Positions 1-8,875 of a DNA stretch of 64,000 bases are shown in pieces. The notes under the pieces were generated by a model. It did not search any database. It was not told where the DNA came from and saw nothing but the letters and a program-made list of their open reading frames with translations. Origin of the DNA: Polyangia bacterium (lineage in GTDB: Bacteria; Myxococcota_A; Polyangia; JAHFDS01; DATFWX01). Within the stretch, counting starts at the first letter, position 1; each line of letters begins with the position of its first letter. Made by a program: the position numbers and the translations under genes. The stretch lies in NCBI GenBank assembly GCA_035258845.1, contig DATFWX010000218.1:17354-81353 (forward strand), read 5' to 3'.

Positions 1-64
1 ACGGCACCGGCCCGGGCCAGCCGTCGATTGCTTTCGGTGGCATCCATTCCCGCGTCGTCCTCCC

Positions 65-472
65 CTAGAGCGGCATGGCGGCCACGACCGTGAGCTGGGA
101 CGGCCCCAGCGAGCTCCAGTCGCGACCCTGAAAAATCGGCGCCACCTGGCACAGCACGGTCACTTCCAGCGCCTGACCGCCCGGGTAGGCACCCGGGACC
201 ACCAGCGTGCGCACCTGCAGCGGCGCGCAGCGCGCCTGCTCGGGGCCCAGTCGGTTCAGGATGGTCTGCTGGATGGTGCCCGCATCGGTCTGCCGCGCCA
301 ACGCCGCCGATCGAGTGGCGTAGCTGACCGCGTCGGCCAGCCGGTGCCGTGTGACCAGCACCCGACCCAGCACGACGCCGCCTGCCACCACCAGCAAGAG
401 CACTGGCACGGCCAGCGCAAACTCGATGGCGGCGGCGCCGCGCTGTCGTCGGGATCGCTCGCATCTAACCAT
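65..472 (-). CDS. TadE-like pilus assembly protein
   Basis: Short N-terminal region followed by a hydrophobic segment, AAIEFALAVPVLLLVV, typical of the TadE/TadG family. It lies directly downstream of cpaA and flp on the same strand and overlaps the cpaA stop by 8 nt. Confidence 0.6.
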   Translation of the reverse strand: MVRCERSRRQRGAAAIEFALAVPVLLLVVAGGVVLGRVLVTRHRLADAVSYATRSAALARQTDAGTIQQTILNRLGPEQARCAPLQVRTLVVPGAYPGGQALEVTVLCQVAPIFQGRDWSSLGPSQLTVVAAMPL

Positions 473-974
473 GGATCCCTCCCGCGAAGATCATCACGAG
501 GGCCGCGGCCGCGCTCAGCGCGACCGCAAGCGGGATCGTGTGCTCGCGCGCGCGTCGCGGCACCTCGGGTGCGCTCTGGGTCAGAAGAGCAAAGCGCAGG
601 TTGTGCCCGACCTCGCGGCGCAGCGAGCGGCCGCCCCGCCACAGGATGACGAGCGCCAGCAGGCCTCCGCCCGCGAGCCCGAGCAGCGTGGCCGCGAGCA
701 CGCCGCCCGGTCCCAACCAGGCCCCGATCGCAACGGCGAGCTTGACGTCGCCAGCGCCCATCCAGCCGGCCGCGAACGGGAGCAGGAGCAGCGCGAGCCC
801 GGCCGCTGCGCCCACAAGGCCCGCACCGAGGGCGGGCGGGCCGCCCATCATCACGCGCACGCCCAGCCCGGCCAAAAGGAGGGCCAGGTTGAGCCGGTTG
901 GGCAGCCGCCGCTGGCGCAGGTCGAACGCCGCCGCAACAGCCATCCCGGCGCAGAACAGCGCTTGCACCCACAT
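465..974 (-). CDS. cpaA: prepilin peptidase, A24 family, CpaA-like
   Basis: Polytopic membrane protein with a GAGDVKL motif matching the type IV prepilin peptidase active-site region. Start set at the internal Met (MWVQALF...). Sits next to the flp pilin gene. Confidence 0.6.
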   Translation of the reverse strand: MWVQALFCAGMAVAAAFDLRQRRLPNRLNLALLLAGLGVRVMMGGPPALGAGLVGAAAGLALLLLPFAAGWMGAGDVKLAVAIGAWLGPGGVLAATLLGLAGGGLLALVILWRGGRSLRREVGHNLRFALLTQSAPEVPRRAREHTIPLAVALSAAAALVMIFAGGIHG

Positions 975-1005
975 GAGCTGAGGTCCGCGGCCGCGAAGCG
1001 CCGCC

Positions 1006-1179
1006 CTACTGCGCGTTGATCTGGTTCGACTGGCGATCGAACAGGCCGCGCACCGCGTTGCCGAAAAAGCGGAACGCCACGATGAGCGCGACGGCAATGA
1101 CCGCTGCAATCAGCCCATACTCTACGGCGTTGGCGGCGTCCTCTTCCTGCCATAAGCGCTTGAGCAAGCTCTGGTTCAT
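1006..1179 (-). CDS. flp: Flp/Fap family pilin
   Basis: 57-aa product MNQSLLKRLWQEEDAANAVEYGLIAAVIAVALIVAF... with a Flp-type prepilin motif (G/xxxxEY followed by a hydrophobic helix). Strong GGAG RBS 8 nt upstream of the ATG at 1177-1179. Confidence 0.7.
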   Translation of the reverse strand: MNQSLLKRLWQEEDAANAVEYGLIAAVIAVALIVAFRFFGNAVRGLFDRQSNQINAQ

Positions 1180-1308
1180 GCTGTCTTCTCCTGATGGAGT
1201 GGGACTGAGATGGCGGCGACCATAGCCGCACGGTTCGTGCTGGACAATACATTCCGTCGGTGAGTTGCGTTTCCGGTTTGGAAACGGCGTGCTTTCGGTC
1301 ACAGCTGG

Positions 1309-2241
1309 TCACGCGAGCTTCTCCAGCTCTGCGCGCACGGCGACGGCAATCGCCTTTTGGACGCGCGCGCGCACGCGATCGCCGTCGCACGCAAGATAAA
1401 GCGGCTGCCGCACCACCATATTTTCAACTGGCACGGCTTGCAGGCGGCCGCTGGCCACGTGCTCGCGAGCGGCCAGCGCGGGCGCAAACACGAGCTGGCC
1501 CGTGCGCGCCGCCAGATCGAGCGCGCGCGCGATGGTCTGCGCCTCGTGACCAGGCCTGCGATCGGCGCGTGACAGCGGGCAGCCGTCGTCCACGGCGATG
1601 CGCTGGCCGGCCGACCAGTAGGCCAGCCCGACAAACGGCAGATCACGCAGGTCGGCGATCGTGAGCAGCCCCGGCGGCAGCGACGCGGCCACGGCGGGGG
1701 CCGCGTAGAGCGCGAGCTCCAGCCGGCCCAGCGCGACCTTGACCCATTTTTCGGGCAGCACATCGATGGCGGTCGACAAGATCAGGTCGAACTCGCTGTC
1801 GCCTGCCAGCGCGCGCAGAAGCGGCGCCGGCAGCTCGAGACAGCGCACGCGGTGATCCGGGAGCGCCTCGGCCACCGCGGGAACGAACAGCGCCGACAGG
1901 TACGGGCTGGCGGCGATGGTGAGCTCGGGCTGGGCCTTGCGGTCGGCGTGTCGCATGCGTTCGAGTCGATCCACCACTTCGGCGATCTCGGGGCTCAGCC
2001 GCCGACCGGCCTCGGACAGCGAGACCCCGCGCGCGCCCCGCGTGACGAGCGTGGCTTGCAGCCGCTTTTCCAGGCGCGCGATGGCCTTGGACACGTACGA
2101 CGCGGTCACGGCCAGCTCGCGGGCGGCGGCTGTGAGCGATCCCGATCGTGCAACGGCCAGAAAGATCGAGAGATCGCTCAGCCGCAAGCCATCGAGCGCA
2201 GCGGCCGACTGGGCGGTTGGCTTGTCCCGCATTGTAACCAT
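1309..2241 (-). CDS. LysR-family transcriptional regulator
   Basis: N-terminal HTH (LSDLSIFLAVARSGSLTAAARELAVTASYVSKAIARLE) and C-terminal LysR substrate-binding-like region. Divergent from the small membrane protein gene at 2378. Confidence 0.8.
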   Translation of the reverse strand: MVTMRDKPTAQSAAALDGLRLSDLSIFLAVARSGSLTAAARELAVTASYVSKAIARLEKRLQATLVTRGARGVSLSEAGRRLSPEIAEVVDRLERMRHADRKAQPELTIAASPYLSALFVPAVAEALPDHRVRCLELPAPLLRALAGDSEFDLILSTAIDVLPEKWVKVALGRLELALYAAPAVAASLPPGLLTIADLRDLPFVGLAYWSAGQRIAVDDGCPLSRADRRPGHEAQTIARALDLAARTGQLVFAPALAAREHVASGRLQAVPVENMVVRQPLYLACDGDRVRARVQKAIAVAVRAELEKLA

Positions 2242-2377
2242 GTGTGAGAGCCGTCAATCCAACGACGCGCGCTGGGCCGTCTTGTCGCGCCGTGGCGACC
2301 AACTGTTTCATAAGTGGCCGAAACTGTGTGCGCCTTACCGAGAGTCACGCCGGCGCGGCGCCGCTCGTCTTGTGGTC

Positions 2378-2803
2378 ATGACGCGTTTCGTGATGGCCGT
2401 GGCGGCCGCGCACACGGCGGTCGTGATTGCGCACGGCGCCGCCCACGTGGGGCTGGGGGTGCTGGCGTCACCCGCGGAAAGCGTGTTCATCGCGCTGTGC
2501 ATTTATCTGGCGCCGGCGGCGGCCGGGCTGATCGCCTGGCGCGCCCGGGGACCGGGGTGGGCGCGGGCCGCGGCCGCGCTGCTCTCGGCGTCCCTTGCCG
2601 GCTCGCTGCTGTTTGGTCTGCACCATCACTTCGTGGCCATCTCGAGCGACCACGTAGGCCACCTGCCGCCCGGGGGTTGGCGACTGGTGTTCCAGCTGAC
2701 GGCGGTGCTGGCCGCTCTGGTCGACGCCGTCGGCGTGGTGGGCGGGCTGGTCAGCCTGCGCGCCTCCGCGTTGCAATCGCAAGACGGAGCGCGGAGGGGG
2801 TAG
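2378..2803 (+). CDS. small integral membrane protein (hypothetical)
   Basis: 141 aa with 3-4 hydrophobic helices (MTRFVMAVAAAHTAVVIAHG...). Divergently placed from the LysR gene. The longer ORF call 1916..2803 overlaps lysR antisense, so the start was trimmed to ATG 2378. Confidence 0.4.
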   Translation: MTRFVMAVAAAHTAVVIAHGAAHVGLGVLASPAESVFIALCIYLAPAAAGLIAWRARGPGWARAAAALLSASLAGSLLFGLHHHFVAISSDHVGHLPPGGWRLVFQLTAVLAALVDAVGVVGGLVSLRASALQSQDGARRG

Positions 2804-2805
2804 CG

Positions 2806-4587
2806 TCAAGGCAGCTGGATCTCGCGCACGCGCCGGTTGTAGAAGTCGCCCGCCACGACCCGCCGGCCGCTCACGGCCAGGCCCTCGACGTCAAAGAAAC
2901 GCGCGTCGCAGCCGTTGCCATCCGCGAATCGGATGGTGGTGGCGGTTCGCGCGGCGCCCGCCACCGGATCGGGGAGCGCGCTGCCCGCAGGGAGGAGATT
3001 GAGCGTGAAGCCGTCGTCGCTCATGAACAGCAGGGTGCCGGCGGCATCGACCGCGATGGCGGCCGGATTGCCGCGCGGGCCCAGCACGCTGGCCGCAAGA
3101 CGCGTCGTCACCGTTCCGGTGGTGGTGTCGATCTGCCGAATGCTGTTGCCGCTGAAATCGGTGACGTAGAGCGTGGTTCCATCCAGGGCGAGCCCCGAGG
3201 GCAACATGAAGCGGGCGCCCGTGCCCACGCCGTCGGTCGAGCCGAGCATGCCGTTGCCGGCCAGGGTCGTGGTCACGCCGGCCGGCGTGATGGCGCGAAC
3301 TCGAGCATTGCGCGAGTCGGCCACGTAGACGGTGCCGGCCGCGTCGACCGCAATGCCGAGCAGGCTGAGAAACCGAGCGCCCACTCCGGTGCCGTCCTGG
3401 AAGCCGCACGTGCTCGAGCCCGCGAGCGTCCTTACGGTTGCGTTCGCGTCGAGCGTGATGACGCTGCAGCCGGGGTCGAACAGCGCCACATAGAGCGTGC
3501 CCGCGCCGTTGATCGCGATGCCGGCCGGCGTTGCACCGACCCGGGCGAAGGTGGTGACGTCTCCGCTCGGCGTCACCCGCCGGATCTCCGAGTTGAAGGC
3601 GTCGGCCACGTAGGCGTCGCCGTTTGCCGCCAGTGCCACACCGGCTGGCGATCCGAACGTCGCGGTGGTGGCGTTGCCATCCAGGTTGCCCATGGCGCCG
3701 GTACCGGCCAACGTTCGCACCGAGACCTGCGAGCAGGTCGTGGTCCCGCCGTCAGAATTGGTGCCGCCGTCGGAGTTGGTGCCGCCGTCGGGCGACGGGA
3801 GCGGACACTGATTCTGGCTCGAGCTGAGCGCGGGCGGCGAATCAGCGGCCGGGCCGAACGTCGCTATCGCGAACGGCCGAACTCGGTAGCGGTAGGTCGT
3901 GAGCGCGCACGTCGTCCGGTCGATGAGCTGCATCTCGCCACCGCCGACCGAGGCGAACGGCCGGAAGTCGGTGACGTCACTTGCGCCCGCGAACCCGGGC
4001 ACGCTGGCGCGCTCGATGTCGTAGCGCTCGACGGCCCCGCCGCCACCCGCAAGCTGCCAGGTGACGAGCATGCTGCCGTCGCCTTGTGGGGTGGCGAGGA
4101 CGTGCACGACCGCCGACGGACAACCGAGTGGGCAGAAGATGATGCCATGCTGGCTGAACCCGTCCAGCGACGCCGCCACCGTGTGCGCGGCCGGATCGAC
4201 GGTGGGGACCGAGTCGAGCTGGTAGTGGCCGTCGTCGCGCAGCTTGGCGATCGCGTAGTGCGTATCGTCGAGCGCGGTTCCGTCGGCGCGTACGGTCATC
4301 GTCACCGGTTGCGCGAATGGGAGATGGTCCGGCTCCAGCGCATACCCGACCACGAGCGGCGCCACCGGCGCGACCGGCCGCACCGTGATGGCGGTGTCCG
4401 CGGACAGGGCGCCGGGCGGGAAGTCGAGCACGAGCCGGCCGTCGTCGAGAACGAGCCGGCCGCCGGCGGGGCCGATCACGGGGCCGCCTGCCGGGCTGCT
4501 GCAGGCAACCGGCCCGAGCGCGCACGCGAGCGCGAGCATAAGCGTGAGCGTGAGCGAGCGGGCGACAGTGAGCCAAAGTGATCGCAT
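2806..4587 (-). CDS. NHL-repeat lipoprotein (secreted)
   Basis: Signal peptide with lipobox-like LALACALGPVAC. Repeated NHL-type blades (GIAVDAAGTVYVADSRNARVRAI, LYVTDFSGNSIRQID etc.). GG(TNSD) low-complexity linker. Confidence 0.7.
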   Translation of the reverse strand: MRSLWLTVARSLTLTLMLALACALGPVACSSPAGGPVIGPAGGRLVLDDGRLVLDFPPGALSADTAITVRPVAPVAPLVVGYALEPDHLPFAQPVTMTVRADGTALDDTHYAIAKLRDDGHYQLDSVPTVDPAAHTVAASLDGFSQHGIIFCPLGCPSAVVHVLATPQGDGSMLVTWQLAGGGGAVERYDIERASVPGFAGASDVTDFRPFASVGGGEMQLIDRTTCALTTYRYRVRPFAIATFGPAADSPPALSSSQNQCPLPSPDGGTNSDGGTNSDGGTTTCSQVSVRTLAGTGAMGNLDGNATTATFGSPAGVALAANGDAYVADAFNSEIRRVTPSGDVTTFARVGATPAGIAINGAGTLYVALFDPGCSVITLDANATVRTLAGSSTCGFQDGTGVGARFLSLLGIAVDAAGTVYVADSRNARVRAITPAGVTTTLAGNGMLGSTDGVGTGARFMLPSGLALDGTTLYVTDFSGNSIRQIDTTTGTVTTRLAASVLGPRGNPAAIAVDAAGTLLFMSDDGFTLNLLPAGSALPDPVAGAARTATTIRFADGNGCDARFFDVEGLAVSGRRVVAGDFYNRRVREIQLP

Positions 4588-4930
4588 GCGCGGGGCCCAG
4601 AGCAAGCCGAGGGCCAGCCCGCTGTGCGCTCAGGGCATCGCAAGGGCGCGCTTCCTTTGGCCTGACCCAACCCGGCGCTCTGCCACGTCCCATGAGACGT
4701 CCACGCTCACCCATGAGACAGCTTCGGGGGCGCCAAACCGAACCGCGCGCGCGGGCACAAGTCAACGCGAGCGCGGGCGGGCCGCAGGCCGGCGATCCGG
4801 CTCACTGGACCACGCTGCGCAAGCTGCAGCGCCGGCTACGCGAGTTGCCGGCCTGCCGCAAGGGCCCTCTCTCTAGCGACGAAATCTCGTTACTCCGCCC
4901 TCTTGGCGGTGCTGCAACCGATCGAACCGA

Positions 4931-6247
4931 TTGGCACCCGAGTTGCTTGTCGCTCGCCCGTTGCGAAGCGCTCCCGCATTTGCGCTGGCCATCCTCCTGG
5001 CCATTCCGGCCCCGGCCTGGGCTGGGCCGCCCTCTGGCGCACCGCGCGTGCGCACCCGCAACGGGAGCAGCACACCCCGCGCACGCACGTACTTCGGGTA
5101 TCACGGCAAGGAGGTCCCCCACTACTACCATCCCGAAACCGGCGCGTTTCTCTATCGGCCCCCGCGCCCGCACGTGCTTCCGCTCGACAACGGCGACGAG
5201 CCGCTCCGTTTCGTCCGGCTCAACTTCCCGAGCTCCCAGAATCTGGAGGGGATGTTCCGGGAGGTGCTGACCGATTGGGTCCATGCGTTGACCAAGATCG
5301 GAAGCATGCGGCTCAAAATCCTGGTCAACGAGGGCGATCAGGCTCGGCTCGCCGCGCTGATGCAGGACCTGCCGCCGGGGCTGCGCGCGCGCATCGAACC
5401 GGTCCCGATCGCAGGCGACAACCACGTGCGGCCCTGGCCCCGCGACCCGTCGGTGCTCCTGGCGGGCGGCCGGAAGCTGCTCCTGCCGCGAGCGCGCATG
5501 CTTGGCCACGAGGAGGAGGAGCATGAGCATCCCCAGCGGATCGCGGACTACTTCGGGGTGGTCGAGAAGTACGCGCACGCCGCCGGGTTGCCGCTCGAAC
5601 GCTCGGCCTTCCGGTTCGAAGGCGGGAACATCCTGGTGGGTCGCCGCCACGTCTTCGTCGGCTCGGACATCGTTCAAAATGCCATGGCCGATTACGACAT
5701 CACGGAGGAGGAGGCAGTCGCCGCGCTCTCGCGCGAGTTTGGCAGACCCGTGCTCTCGATTGGCAGGCGTGATGCCCAACACCCGCGCTCCGAGCTACGC
5801 CAGCCCAGACAGCACATCGATCTCGCGATGGCCGTCGTGCGCGATCGCCGGAGCGGCCGGGAGGTTGTCCTGCTGGAATCGCCGAAGCTGGCGCGAGATC
5901 TACTGGGCGATCGCCTAGGGAGCGTTGAACCCGAAGGCGCGCTCTGGCGCGATGATGAGAATTCCGAGGCCGATTTCGATGCGGCCAGGCGGGCCCTGCG
6001 CGGTGAGGGCTACGAAGTCATCGACGTGCCGGGGCTGACCACCGGGTGGGCCAGCTCGCTCAACTATACCAACGCCGTGCTGGCCTCAGGTCACGCAATG
6101 ATTCCACAGCTCGATATCCCCGAGCTCGATGTTTATGCGGCCAACGTCTATCGCCGGCTGGGCTATGAGGTGATCCCGATGCGCTCGGCCCGTCGGTCGC
6201 TCGAGCTCAATGGCGGGCCCCGCTGCCTCGGCGAGCACTGCCGCTAA
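4931..6247 (+). CDS. secreted amidinotransferase-superfamily protein (agmatine/peptidyl-arginine deiminase-like)
   Basis: N-terminal signal peptide. C-terminal ...NYTNAVLASGHAMIPQL... NGGPRCLGEHC resembles the GGGxHC catalytic-Cys end of the Porphyromonas-type deiminase / guanidino-modifying fold. Assignment from motif resemblance only. Confidence 0.45.
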   Translation: MAPELLVARPLRSAPAFALAILLAIPAPAWAGPPSGAPRVRTRNGSSTPRARTYFGYHGKEVPHYYHPETGAFLYRPPRPHVLPLDNGDEPLRFVRLNFPSSQNLEGMFREVLTDWVHALTKIGSMRLKILVNEGDQARLAALMQDLPPGLRARIEPVPIAGDNHVRPWPRDPSVLLAGGRKLLLPRARMLGHEEEEHEHPQRIADYFGVVEKYAHAAGLPLERSAFRFEGGNILVGRRHVFVGSDIVQNAMADYDITEEEAVAALSREFGRPVLSIGRRDAQHPRSELRQPRQHIDLAMAVVRDRRSGREVVLLESPKLARDLLGDRLGSVEPEGALWRDDENSEADFDAARRALRGEGYEVIDVPGLTTGWASSLNYTNAVLASGHAMIPQLDIPELDVYAANVYRRLGYEVIPMRSARRSLELNGGPRCLGEHCR

Positions 6248-6662
6248 CCCTGGGCACTCGGCAACAACTTTCAGGTGGCCGGCGTGGCCAGCGTCTATCT
6301 CGTGATGCTTGGCTGCAGAAGCGATTTGCGGCTCACGAGCGCGGCCACATAGAGGCTGGCCAGAGGGTCCGAGCGCGCGATCACATAGGTTCCGTGCGGC
6401 TCTGCGTCGTGCACGCCCAGCTCAGGTCCACAGCCAGGCGGCACTTGTCGTGCACCGTCGACAACAGGGCGTAACCGGGAGAGAGCGGCCGGCAGTCCCC
6501 AGCCCTGGCTAGTCTAGTCAGGCGCAACCGGGGTGGTCATTGCGAGTCGCCTCGCGGCGACCGCGATCGCGATTAGACGCATAGCGGGGAACCCGGTGGA
6601 GGCGCGGACCGGTGCGGCCGGCGACGCGCGCGGATGTCAAAGTCTGGCCGCGCGGTCGGGTC

Positions 6663-6947
6663 TTACCACAAGCCGTAATAAGCGCAGGCAGGTCCGTTCC
6701 AAGCCGCGTTTGCGGCGTCGTTCGCCACGCTCCACGTGGCGTCGTTCCAATCGCTTACGTTAACACCTGGGGCAAAGTCTTCTCCCGCATTTGCCGCGGC
6801 GCGCCACACCGATTCGGTGCAGGAGTAAGTCGCCAGGTTATCGAACGCCCAGTAGTTCCACACATCTAAACCTTTGCCTCCAACCACGCTCCCGAGCACC
6901 GATGCTTCGATCGAAACCAACCGCGCCTGCTTGTTCTTCTTGTTCAT
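6663..6947 (-). CDS. double-glycine-leader bacteriocin-like peptide precursor (copy 1)
   Basis: MNKKNKQARLVSIEASVLGSVVGG followed by a 70-aa Trp-rich core with 2 Cys. Hydrophobic residues at leader positions -4, -7, -12, -15 and GG at -2/-1 fit the class II / GG-leader consensus. Paralog of 7058..7342. Confidence 0.6.
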   Translation of the reverse strand: MNKKNKQARLVSIEASVLGSVVGGKGLDVWNYWAFDNLATYSCTESVWRAAANAGEDFAPGVNVSDWNDATWSVANDAANAAWNGPACAYYGLW

Positions 6948-6988
6948 AAGATGTCCTCCAGACTCTGCCTCAGCCTGCCAACTGCTTG

Positions 6989-7004
6989 TGCAGCTCGCGT
7001 GCCA
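6989..7004 (-). promoter_or_regulatory. sigma-54-type -24/-12 promoter element (TGGCACGcgagCTGCA) upstream of peptide copy 1
   Basis: In gene orientation, ctcgcctcTGGCACGCGAGCTGCAcaag lies about 50 nt upstream of the ATG. GG and GC are spaced as in the TGGCAC-N5-TTGC consensus. The identical element precedes copy 2. Confidence 0.5.
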
Positions 7005-7057
7005 GAGGCGAGAACGCCCCGTCGGCGAATGTCAACGTCTGGCCGCGCGGTCGGGTC

Positions 7058-7342
7058 TCACCACCAGCCGTAATTGGCGCAGGCAGGTCCGTTCCAAGCC
7101 GCGTATGCGGCGTCGTTCGCCACGCCCCACGTAGCTTCGTTCCAATCGCTTACGTTAACACCTGGGGCAAAGTCTTGTCCTGCATTTGCCCCGGCCTTCC
7201 ACACCGCTTCGTAGCAGGAGTTACTCGCCAGAAAAGCGAACGTCCATTCGTTCCACACATCTAAACCTCGGCCTCCAGCCACGCTCCCGAGCACCGATGC
7301 GTCGATCGAAGCCAACCGCGCCAGCTTGTTCTTCTTTTTCAT
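7058..7342 (-). CDS. double-glycine-leader bacteriocin-like peptide precursor (copy 2)
   Basis: MKKKNKLARLASIDASVLGSVAGG followed by a 70-aa Trp-rich core ending ..NGPACANYGWW. About 75% identical to copy 1. Confidence 0.6.
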   Translation of the reverse strand: MKKKNKLARLASIDASVLGSVAGGRGLDVWNEWTFAFLASNSCYEAVWKAGANAGQDFAPGVNVSDWNEATWGVANDAAYAAWNGPACANYGWW

Positions 7343-7383
7343 GATATGCCCTCAAAGCTCTGCCCTGAGCTGCCAGCCTGAAG

Positions 7384-7399
7384 TGCAGCTCGCGTGCCA
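7384..7399 (-). promoter_or_regulatory. sigma-54-type -24/-12 promoter element upstream of peptide copy 2
   Basis: Same TGGCACGCGAGCTGCA 16-mer as at 6989-7004, in the equivalent position relative to the ATG at 7342. Confidence 0.5.
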
Positions 7400-7452
7400 G
7401 AGGGCGAGAACGCCCGTAGGCGGATGTCAACGTCTGGTCGTGCGGTCGGTTC

Positions 7453-7479
7453 TCACCACCAGCCGTAATTGGCGCAGGC
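7453..7479 (-). pseudogene. 3' remnant (last 8 codons plus stop) of a third GG-leader peptide gene
   Basis: The rc reads ACANYGWW*, identical to the copy 2 C-terminus. The sequence 5' of it (in gene sense) is replaced by unrelated DNA that belongs to the integrase fragment. Confidence 0.5.
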
Positions 7480-8008
7480 ATGGTGTTCGCGATGCGCAGC
7501 AAGGAGCAAAGACGAGGTATCCGGGCGTGCAGCGAATCAACGACACAACGTGCCGAGTGCGGATCAAGTTGCGCGATCCGCGCAGCGGGAAAACGCGGGA
7601 GGTGGACAGGCTCGTCGAGGCGACGAGCGTCAGAGAAGCCGCAAGAAAACGCGCACTGCTCATGTCCGAGAAGCGCGCGGAAAACTCCGAGAGAAATTGG
7701 GGCCTCCGATCAGGGTGGGTATTCCGGTCGGACAACGGAACGCTGCGTGAGCCGAGTTCGCTTCGCAAGGCGTGGCGGGGCAGCCTCAAGGCGGCGAAGA
7801 TCGAGAAGCACTTCACCGTCCACGGGTTGCGGCGCACCTTCAACGACCTCGCAGGGCGTGCAGGCGTCGATGCGGTCGTGACGCGGGCGATCACGGCCAC
7901 GTGACCGAGCAGATGCGCGAGCACGATTCGACGGTCGGTCTGGATGAGAAGCAGGCCGCCGTGGCAAACGTTCTGCGGCTCGTTCCAGCGACGAATGTCG
8001 GGACTTAG
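7469..8008 (+). pseudogene. tyrosine recombinase (phage-type integrase), 5'-truncated and frameshifted
   Basis: Only the C-terminal catalytic half is present (...[50 protein letters not shown] / [15 protein letters not shown]...). The H-x-x-R and GH boxes are split between two frames near 7895. No N-terminal domain or start codon. Ends 63 nt before the tRNA-Gly. Confidence 0.6.
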
Positions 8009-8070
8009 GTGGAGGCGCGAGGGATCGGCCTTGACACACGCCGATGATTCGCCAATGCTCTCCCAAGTTT

Positions 8071-8143
8071 GCGGGCTTAGCTCAGTTGGTAGAGCGTCGG
8101 CTTCCCAAGCCGAAGGTCGCCGGTTCGAGACCGGTAGCCCGCT
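8071..8143 (+). tRNA. tRNA-Gly (anticodon CCC)
   Basis: Hand-folded cloverleaf. Acceptor stem GCGGGCT/AGCCCGC (7 bp). D arm GCTC-AGTTGGTAG-GAGC. Anticodon stem TCGGC/GCCGA with loop TTCCCAA, giving anticodon CCC. T arm GCCGG-TTCGAGA-CCGGT. Discriminator T. No encoded CCA. Confidence 0.85.
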
Positions 8144-8875
8144 CCGCTGCGTGAGGCCCCGGGTTGACGCAACCTGGGCACCGCTCCAGGCGCCGGCCGC
8201 GCCCACGCCACCATCCGCCGTGGTCCTCGCTGTCGCGTGTCGACCCGTCGTCCAGCGGGGGTCCACCGTCCTTCTGATTCCCGGTGATCGACGCCGATTC
8301 GCATCCGGTCCAGCAGCCCGTCGCCATCGCCAGGCCGCAAAGAAGATTCGGCAAGCAGGGCCGAGGCATCTGCTTTCTGCCGTCAAGGCTAGCAGGAACC
8401 ACACCCACAGTCAGCGCCGCGGGCGGAGCGTCCGCTATGGGAAGCTGCGATCGTGTGGGCGGGGATGAGGGCGGCGGCGTACTTCAGCTCGTTGCTGATC
8501 TTCTTGCGTTCCTGCTCGAGCCGCTCGCGCCACTCCCGTTCCCGAGGAAAATCCCTCTGGTGAACGCCGCACCAGCCAGAACGAGGGGAATAGACGGGTC
8601 TTCATGAACGCGCGAGAGCATGATATATGTCACCTCTCGATCAGCTGCAATTGATGGCGTGACGGGGGCGTGGAGTGCGACATTCCTGTCCGATCGGCCT
8701 CGTTGGCCAGACGAAACGAGTGACGAGCTGCCCTGGAGGGTTCGATCAGACGTCCGGAACTCTGCTCGGATCACCCGAGCGTCTTTGTGGACGCCACGAT
8801 GGCCGAGCAGCAAGGGCTTCCCTGCGCAGAACTCTGCCCTCGCGGTCCTAACCATTTAGGGATGATTCCCATCGC

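Larger units (their letters stand above)
6612..7479. repeat. tandem ~395-bp repeat (2 full units plus a truncated third), each unit carrying one GG-leader peptide gene and its promoter
   Basis: Gene plus 110-bp upstream spacer is repeated head-to-tail (6663-7057 and 7058-7452). The spacer tail ..gatgtcaa(a/c)gtctggcc/tcgtgcggtcgg.. recurs at 6635, 7029 and 7424. The third unit stops after the last 8 codons (7453-7479). Confidence 0.7.

Noticed and set aside
1-45. Possible start (ATG rc at 43-45) of another minus-strand tad gene running off the left edge
   Set aside because: Only 15 codons are visible (MDATESNRRLARAGA..). This is suggestive of a TadE-like N-terminus but too short to support.
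2314-4581. 755-aa ORF on the + strand
   Set aside because: Antisense to the well-supported NHL-repeat gene. Arg/Gly/Ala-rich composition typical of out-of-frame high-GC DNA. No motifs.
4802-5782. 326-aa ORF on the - strand
   Set aside because: Overlaps the amidinotransferase-like gene in antisense. Low-complexity Arg-rich translation. The + strand frame has the signal peptide and catalytic-Cys end.
6250-6610. Possible regulatory or coding content between the amidinotransferase gene and the peptide array
   Set aside because: No ORF of 60 aa or more, and no recognisable repeat or promoter beyond the start of the tandem-repeat spacer at ~6612.
8284-8870. ORFs 8284..8607 (+), 8484..8855 (-) and 8620..8859 (+) downstream of the tRNA
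   Set aside because: Mutually overlapping. No RBS or motifs. The region looks like degraded intergenic DNA left after element loss. Left unannotated.
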